Of a stretch of DNA of 64,000 nt, positions 58,989 through 64,000 are shown piece by piece. The position numbers were made by a program, and so were the translations under genes. This DNA comes from Pseudomonadota bacterium (lineage in GTDB: Bacteria > UBA10199 > 2-02-FULL-44-16 > DYJF01): NCBI GenBank assembly GCA_043823065.1, contig JBDRBB010000023.1, positions 31,790 through 95,789 on the forward strand, in the 5' to 3' direction. Position 1 is the first letter of the stretch. The number at the start of each line of letters is the position of its first letter. The notes beneath the pieces were generated by a model. The model made no database searches. It was not told the DNA's origin and saw only the letters and a list, made by a program, of their open reading frames with translations.

Positions 58989-60182
58989 ATGCCGCCGATT
59001 AACTTTCATAAAGATCAACTCAGCCAAGCAAAAGAAGTTTCTTCAAGATCTCAAGAAACTCATGTTGAGCAAGATGAGTCTAATCGAGTTCATGCTGTTG
59101 GTAGTTTTATGCTCACTGGTGTATATGGCTATCCAGATCGCTGGGCTGGTTTAATGTATGGAGACTTGGGATTAAATATCGATTTAAGCACTAACTGGCG
59201 ACTTAATGGTTCAATGGCAGTTTTAGTATTTAATCAAGATAATATGCTGGCGCCTCAGCAATCATATTCACTTGCTTATATTCTTAGTGGTTCTGGTGCT
59301 AGCTTTTCCTTGCCACTAAGGTTGCAGTTAGGACTTAATTATTTATTTAGAAGGCGACAACCTAATGAAGCTCGAACTGCACCAGAAGGAAATCTGCAAA
59401 TCCTGGGTGGAATTATTAGCCAGAACTATAATAGTGTAAATCCAGCATTGAGAGGTGATCGCAATTTTGTTGATGCAGCTCCTCCCGCAGCTCAGGGACC
59501 TAATATTTCTGGTTTTGGTATAAATATCCAAGTTCCATTTCTAAACAGGCGCCTTATTTTGAATAGCCAGGCAACCATTGGTGCTGCTACCTATGTTAAT
59601 TTATTTAATGCTGAATCAAATTCAAATTCATTCCTAGTTGGTAATGGGATGTTTGGTTACTATCTTGGGGTAACTGGCATTTTGCACCAAGGTTCAAACT
59701 TGAGTTTAAATTTAGGGCTTGGTGGTCATGAAATGCTTGAAGAACAAGAAAGAGAACTTTCGGATTTTAATTTTATTGGTGCCTTGCATGTACATCTTTG
59801 GCGCTTTGATATTGATGTTGCTTATCGCTATGCCAGAGTAAATAGACCTTTGCAGCCTTATACAGCTAGCAGACATTCTTTTGCAGCTTCACTTGCTCTG
59901 CCTTGGCAAATAAATGAGCGCATTAATCTCACATCATTTATAACAGGATTTTATTTAAATGAGTCTGGTCGCGTTTATTATGGTGGGCAACCAACAGCAG
60001 ATGGAGGTTGTGCTTCAATAATGTGTGGAGAAGGGTTGCATTTAAACTTGGGCGAAACAATCGGCGGAGCTGACTTAGGTTTAAGGTTGGGAATAGGCAA
60101 CTTCTTTATCCAAGCAGATGCCTATTTTGGCTCCAGTGATATTGGTGGAGTAAGAATAAGCGCTGGTGGTAATTGGAGATAG
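58989..60182 (+). CDS. putative outer-membrane beta-barrel hypothetical protein
   Basis: Alternating amphipathic strands (DIDVAYRY, FFIQADAYF), C-terminal ISAGGNWR; no clear signal peptide. Confidence 0.6.
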   Translation: MPPINFHKDQLSQAKEVSSRSQETHVEQDESNRVHAVGSFMLTGVYGYPDRWAGLMYGDLGLNIDLSTNWRLNGSMAVLVFNQDNMLAPQQSYSLAYILSGSGASFSLPLRLQLGLNYLFRRRQPNEARTAPEGNLQILGGIISQNYNSVNPALRGDRNFVDAAPPAAQGPNISGFGINIQVPFLNRRLILNSQATIGAATYVNLFNAESNSNSFLVGNGMFGYYLGVTGILHQGSNLSLNLGLGGHEMLEEQERELSDFNFIGALHVHLWRFDIDVAYRYARVNRPLQPYTASRHSFAASLALPWQINERINLTSFITGFYLNESGRVYYGGQPTADGGCASIMCGEGLHLNLGETIGGADLGLRLGIGNFFIQADAYFGSSDIGGVRISAGGNWR

Positions 60183-60201
60183 GTGTCTAAGTCCCAAAAA
60201 T

Positions 60202-60258
60202 AATTGGTGCAACTGCAGCATTTCTGTACACCCAATTAAGTTTGGCACGTGAAATGCT
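60202..60258 (+). promoter_or_regulatory. short variant of the sigma-54 cassette (copy 5; -24/-12 at 60242-60258)
   Basis: AATTGGTGCAACTGCAGCATTTCTGTACAC (cf. copy 1 at 44940), then TTGGCACGTGAAATGCT (GG-N10-GC). Confidence 0.75.
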
Positions 60259-60286
60259 TATAGGAGGCGCAAAGGAGCGTGTTTTT

Positions 60287-60358
60287 ATGAATTTGGATCA
60301 GATTATGAAAAAGTTTATTTTAGTGTTTGCCATGTGTTTTTGCGTTTATTGCTTATAA
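60287..60358 (+). CDS. 23-aa sORF MNLDQIMKKFILVFAMCFCVYCL
   Basis: AAGGAG RBS 9 nt upstream, behind sigma-54 promoter copy 5. Confidence 0.4.
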   Translation: MNLDQIMKKFILVFAMCFCVYCL

Positions 60359-60470
60359 TTATGACAAGGTTTTTATTAATAATATGTTCATAAAAGTAAA
60401 CAAAATACTTTAAATTATCCGACTAATTGTATATAAAAGCGCACTAATATAGAAGATATAACCAAGGAGG

Positions 60471-61877
60471 ATGTTCATGGAAATAAACAGAAGGATTTTA
60501 CTTATTGATGATGATCAAGATTTTTTAACTGCCATGCGTCTGCAATTGCGTAAACAATATGGCGTGCTCACTGCTCAGTCAGTTGCCGCTGGTTTTAGCA
60601 TCCTCAAAGACCAAGATGTGGATTTAGTGCTGTTAGATGTTGGTCTGGAAGGCGAGAATGGTTTGGAAGGCATTAAAAAAATTCATACTGTTCATCCTTC
60701 AGTTGGGGTGGCCATGCTTTCTGGTCAGCGAGATGTGCAAACAGTTGTCGAAGCTATTCGAGCTGGGGCTGTAGATTATTTAACTAAACCAGTTGATGCA
60801 GATCAAATTGCAGCAGTCATGGAAAAAGCTATTGCCTCTCGTTCAGTTCAAGAAAGATGCGAGGCTTTGCTGCAATCTCAAGTTTCAAATAAAACAGCCC
60901 AAGGCAAGATCGTGCACAAGAGTGAAAAAATGCAAAAACTCTTGCAGCAAACTCTGCAAGTTAAGGGTCATGAAGCTAATGTATTAGTTATTGGGGAAAC
61001 TGGCACAGGCAAAGAATTATTAGCCAGACATATTCATGAGCAAGAAGGGGATAAGCGACGCCCATTTATTGTGGTTAATTGCGCAGCTATTCCAGAGCAT
61101 CTTTTGGAATCTGAACTTTTTGGTCATGAAGCAGGCGCTTTTACTGGCGCTAGTCGCCGTCGCATTGGCAAATTTGAATTGGCAGATGGTGGAGATATTT
61201 TTTTAGATGAGATCAGCACTATGAAGTTGGATCTGCAAGTTAAACTTTTGCGTGTGCTTCAAGAAAAAGAATTTAGTCGTTTAGGTAGCAACACTTCCCT
61301 TAAAGCAGATTTTAGAGTTATTGCAGCTTGTAATCAATCTTTGGAAGAAATGGTTGAAACTGGCAGCTTTCGCGCTGATCTTTTTCATCGCTTGCGGGTA
61401 ATTCAGCTTGCCTTACCTCCTTTAAGAGAAAGAAAAAATGACATTCCTTTGTTGGTCGAACATTTTATTTCTCAATATTCTGACTCTAATAAGAAAAAAC
61501 AAATTACAGAAAATGCTGTTTCCAAACTAGTTAATTATTCCTGGCCAGGAAATGTGCGCGAATTGGCAAATGTGGTGCGTAGTTTAGTGATTATGACTCC
61601 AGGTGATACCATTGACAGCACATCTTTCCCAAATTGGGTATTAAATACTAATGCAAATGGCAATCAAACTGCATCAGTACAAACAGCACGTATGTCAATT
61701 CCTAATAATATAGATTCAATCGCCACTTTAAAAGATTATGTGCGTGAGGCCGAACGTCGTGGCATAGAAATAGCCTTGGAAAAATGCGGGGGCGATAAAT
61801 CCAAAGCAGCAACTGTTTTGGGCGTCTGCCGCACCACTTTTTACACTAAACTAAAAGAATTAGGGATGATGGATTAG
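60471..61877 (+). CDS. NtrC-family sigma-54-dependent response regulator (REC-AAA-Fis HTH)
   Basis: REC (LLIDDD, VLLDV, YLTKP); GETGTGKEL; ELFGHEAGAFTGA; FLDEI; WPGNVREL; C-terminal HTH. Confidence 0.97.
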   Translation: MFMEINRRILLIDDDQDFLTAMRLQLRKQYGVLTAQSVAAGFSILKDQDVDLVLLDVGLEGENGLEGIKKIHTVHPSVGVAMLSGQRDVQTVVEAIRAGAVDYLTKPVDADQIAAVMEKAIASRSVQERCEALLQSQVSNKTAQGKIVHKSEKMQKLLQQTLQVKGHEANVLVIGETGTGKELLARHIHEQEGDKRRPFIVVNCAAIPEHLLESELFGHEAGAFTGASRRRIGKFELADGGDIFLDEISTMKLDLQVKLLRVLQEKEFSRLGSNTSLKADFRVIAACNQSLEEMVETGSFRADLFHRLRVIQLALPPLRERKNDIPLLVEHFISQYSDSNKKKQITENAVSKLVNYSWPGNVRELANVVRSLVIMTPGDTIDSTSFPNWVLNTNANGNQTASVQTARMSIPNNIDSIATLKDYVREAERRGIEIALEKCGGDKSKAATVLGVCRTTFYTKLKELGMMD

Positions 61878-61885
61878 GGGGAATA

Positions 61886-62071
61886 ATGGATAAATCAATT
61901 AAACAAATTGCTCATGATATGAGATCGCCATTAGCTGTGTTAAAAGGATATTTAGCTTCCCAAGCGCCAGTTGAGCAAAATGACACTAAAGAGTTTCATG
62001 AAGCAGCGGTGCACAGTGTAAACAAATTGCTGGAAATTGTAGAAAAACTAGAGAAAACTACTTTTTGCTAA
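61886..62071 (+). CDS. stand-alone HisKA (dimerisation/phosphoacceptor) mini-protein
   Basis: KQIAHDMRSPLAVLKGY; GGGGAA RBS; 61 aa; no ATPase domain. Confidence 0.7.
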   Translation: MDKSIKQIAHDMRSPLAVLKGYLASQAPVEQNDTKEFHEAAVHSVNKLLEIVEKLEKTTFC

Positions 62072-63279
62072 TCCAAATTAGGATAATTACGTCTAGCTGT
62101 TTCCAGAGTATAGGCTTGCAAAAATGCATAAATATCATCATTGCCTGAAATATCTTGCAACTCTGGAGTGATGCTTGCCAATGGACGGCGACCATCGCGA
62201 TAGCTTTCTTCTCTATGCGCTGTAATGAGTTGAACTAACTCGCTTAGTCTGTTGTCAGAGTTTGATTGATCAACTTCCGCACACCAATCAGTTTGAATTT
62301 CATTGTTGCCAATTGTTCTATCTTGTATTTCTTGATAAATTGAACCACCGAATGTTTCATCCACAATGCGGCTGCCCATGGATAAAGCTAAACAAGCTCG
62401 GATTAATCCGCGAAATTCCTGCAGAGAAGCTTCTTCACCAAGCATCAGGGCCATGGAAAAGAGCAAGGCGCCAATTGGTTCTTGCGATTGAACTTCAACT
62501 GCTCGCAAAATTATATCTCTCATTCTTGTGTTAGAGATTATGTTGTCTTCATTGCTGTAGGCGCATCTGACTAAAGACATATTATATAGATTTGGATCAT
62601 CTAGAGCTAGGATGCGGGCATTTTCTTCAAACATCCACAGCGCAGCCTCGCGGCGGGAATTAAACGAACGGCCGCGAACAGTTTCCATGCTGGCTCGCAA
62701 GGTTTCGCGCATATTGGTAGCATAAGGTCTGGTTGCGGTATAAGCATAGAGGCCGTTAAAATAATGAAGAATGCTGATTATTCTGGAATCAATGTTTTCA
62801 AAAAAACCTAAGGTTTGATTCAGTTCAGTTGGAAAAGTGCGAAGACGATCTGGGTCTTCAAACGCGCGGCAATTGTCGCCATTCAAATAGCCAACAGCTT
62901 CAGCTGATAAAGAGCGGGCTTGTTCATAACCCGGCTGGACACATAGTAGGTTTACGCGAATAGGAAAACTTGTGGGTGGAAGCATAGCTACGGTTTCAGA
63001 ACTAAAAAGACCGCCACGTTGTTCAAGCTGGGTTACGTTATTGTTAAAATAGAATAAAGACTGCAGGGCTTGATTAGAGATGTAGCGGTCTTTGGGCAGG
63101 TCTGGAAAAGCTTCGGGTTCTGGTTCTGGTGTTTGGTTGTTATGATTATTTTCTCGTGTTGCAGATGCTTGTGCTGGGTTGCAGCCGCCGCAACCTGTCG
63201 TGCTTAAACCAAGCCCAATAAGTGATGAAATTGCCAATAATAAGTTGAGTCTTCCCATTCCCCCTCCTAGAAATTCCAA
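62068..63279 (-). CDS. hypothetical lipoprotein-like protein (start probably ATG 63258 after AGGAGGG)
   Basis: MGRLNLLLAISSLIGLGLSTTGC signal peptide and lipobox. Confidence 0.65.
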   Translation of the reverse strand: MEFLGGGMGRLNLLLAISSLIGLGLSTTGCGGCNPAQASATRENNHNNQTPEPEPEAFPDLPKDRYISNQALQSLFYFNNNVTQLEQRGGLFSSETVAMLPPTSFPIRVNLLCVQPGYEQARSLSAEAVGYLNGDNCRAFEDPDRLRTFPTELNQTLGFFENIDSRIISILHYFNGLYAYTATRPYATNMRETLRASMETVRGRSFNSRREAALWMFEENARILALDDPNLYNMSLVRCAYSNEDNIISNTRMRDIILRAVEVQSQEPIGALLFSMALMLGEEASLQEFRGLIRACLALSMGSRIVDETFGGSIYQEIQDRTIGNNEIQTDWCAEVDQSNSDNRLSELVQLITAHREESYRDGRRPLASITPELQDISGNDDIYAFLQAYTLETARRNYPNLD

Positions 63280-63374
63280 AGTTCTAAAATATACCTGCAG
63301 AATTTAAAGATGCAACCCAAAGTTCACAATATGCAGCGCATTATAATTTGATGCTGCAAGGCAGCACTGAAATA

Positions 63375-63541
63375 CCGTTCATCCTGAGCAAAGTCGAAGG
63401 GTGCACCATTTGTCATTCCCGCGAAAGCGGGAATCCCACGTGTTCATTGCTGTCATTGCAGGCCCTTCGATTCGCTCCGTTCATCCTGAGCAAAGTCGAA
63501 GGATGAATAGCTCGCTCAGGATAAACTCCGCGAAGCAATCC
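63375..63541. repeat. nested cluster of palindromic elements
   Basis: Two copies of CCGTTCATCCTGAGCAAAGTCGAAGG, one TGTCATTCCCGCGAAAGCGGGAATCC, and TGTCATTGC...GAAGCAATCC. Confidence 0.8.
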
Positions 63542-63616
63542 AGCTTGTTTGACTGTCAGGTAACTACCTAAAAATATCAAACAAATCAACCTGCCTCACC
63601 TTCGAGAAGGGGTTGG

Positions 63617-64000
63617 TTATTTTTTAGGAACAATCAAGGAACAGCCGCCGGAGGCTGGGGTGCTTGACTCCGTAGTACCGCCATCATAACCGATAAGCTC
63701 AGCATAATCTATGGTCGAATCTACACAAGAAGTTTCTTCTGGAATAGTGAATTGATTAAGTGGAATATATCTTTCTCTCTCTTCTGAAGTGTTGCCATTT
63801 AAGATAATGTTTACATTTTCTACGACTTCTCCAGCAGCAACTGTGATTTCAGTGCGCAAATATGGATCTTCATCTGCTACATCACCTTCGTTCCAGAATT
63901 CCGCATCGCCTGCTAAGTCTTCTGTAAAGTTCATGCTTTGGTCCCAGTCAATTTCCTCTACTTCGATAGTGTATATGCCAGGTTGAAGACCTTCTAGAAT
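63617..64000 (-). CDS. C-terminus of a surface/secreted protein with GGCSL-type sorting motif (truncated by window edge)
   Basis: Frame open to the window end (ILEGLQPGIYTIEVEE...); ends STPASGGCSLIVPKK. Confidence 0.7.
   Translation of the reverse strand: MLEGLQPGIYTIEVEEIDWDQSMNFTEDLAGDAEFWNEGDVADEDPYLRTEITVAAGEVVENVNIILNGNTSEERERYIPLNQFTIPEETSCVDSTIDYAELIGYDGGTTESSTPASGGCSLIVPKK

Noticed and set aside
44940..60258. Repeated blocks as a CRISPR array or integron attC sites
   Set aside because: Repeats are 110-150 bp, kilobases apart, and contain a sigma-54 consensus and RBS. There are no cas genes, no integron integrase and no attC-type inverted core sites.
1224..63986. Numerous short antisense or overlapping ORFs in the ORF track (e.g. 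1672-2019, 13687-14040, 21256-21675, 43022-43537, 53551-53967, 55698-55886)
   Set aside because: They shadow well-supported genes or repeats and have no recognisable motifs or RBS.

Overview
Bacterial chromosome segment, probably from an uncultured Deltaproteobacteria-like (Myxococcota/Bdellovibrionota-adjacent) organism. That placement is an inference from the gspC-N cluster with a PilM-like GspL and a GGCSL-type C-terminal sorting motif. 1-3.5 kb is an RNA hotspot: an HNH-WYL gene, tRNA-Ser(UGA), a GIY-YIG gene behind a duplicated tRNA 5' half, an MNT/HEPN toxin-antitoxin pair, and a tmRNA gene interrupted in its T-loop by a group I intron encoding a LAGLIDADG endonuclease, next to smpB. 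3.5-44 kb is mostly housekeeping: rsmA, tsaD, rpoZ, a complete type II secretion operon, ruvABC, pilT, glnS, gltX, an archaeal-type gatE and cspA. It also holds a candidate structured ncRNA, a 3.4-kb insert bounded by a duplicated glnS 3' end, and palindromic repeats that contribute protein sequence. 45-62 kb is the most novel part, an AT-rich island punctuated by five copies of a sigma-54 promoter/enhancer cassette. The island contains two paralogous short peptides (shared motif SIDNYPDETFP), a CDCDCEC-tailed peptide, two radical SAM/SPASM enzymes, a PqqD/RRE protein, a B12-dependent radical SAM enzyme, a secreted trypsin-like protease, a peptide-binding protein placed beside a hybrid histidine kinase, a second hybrid kinase, a SET protein, a beta-barrel protein and an NtrC-family activator. 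Together these suggest a sigma-54-controlled RiPP production and sensing circuit. All functional calls come from motif recognition by eye; no database searches were run.
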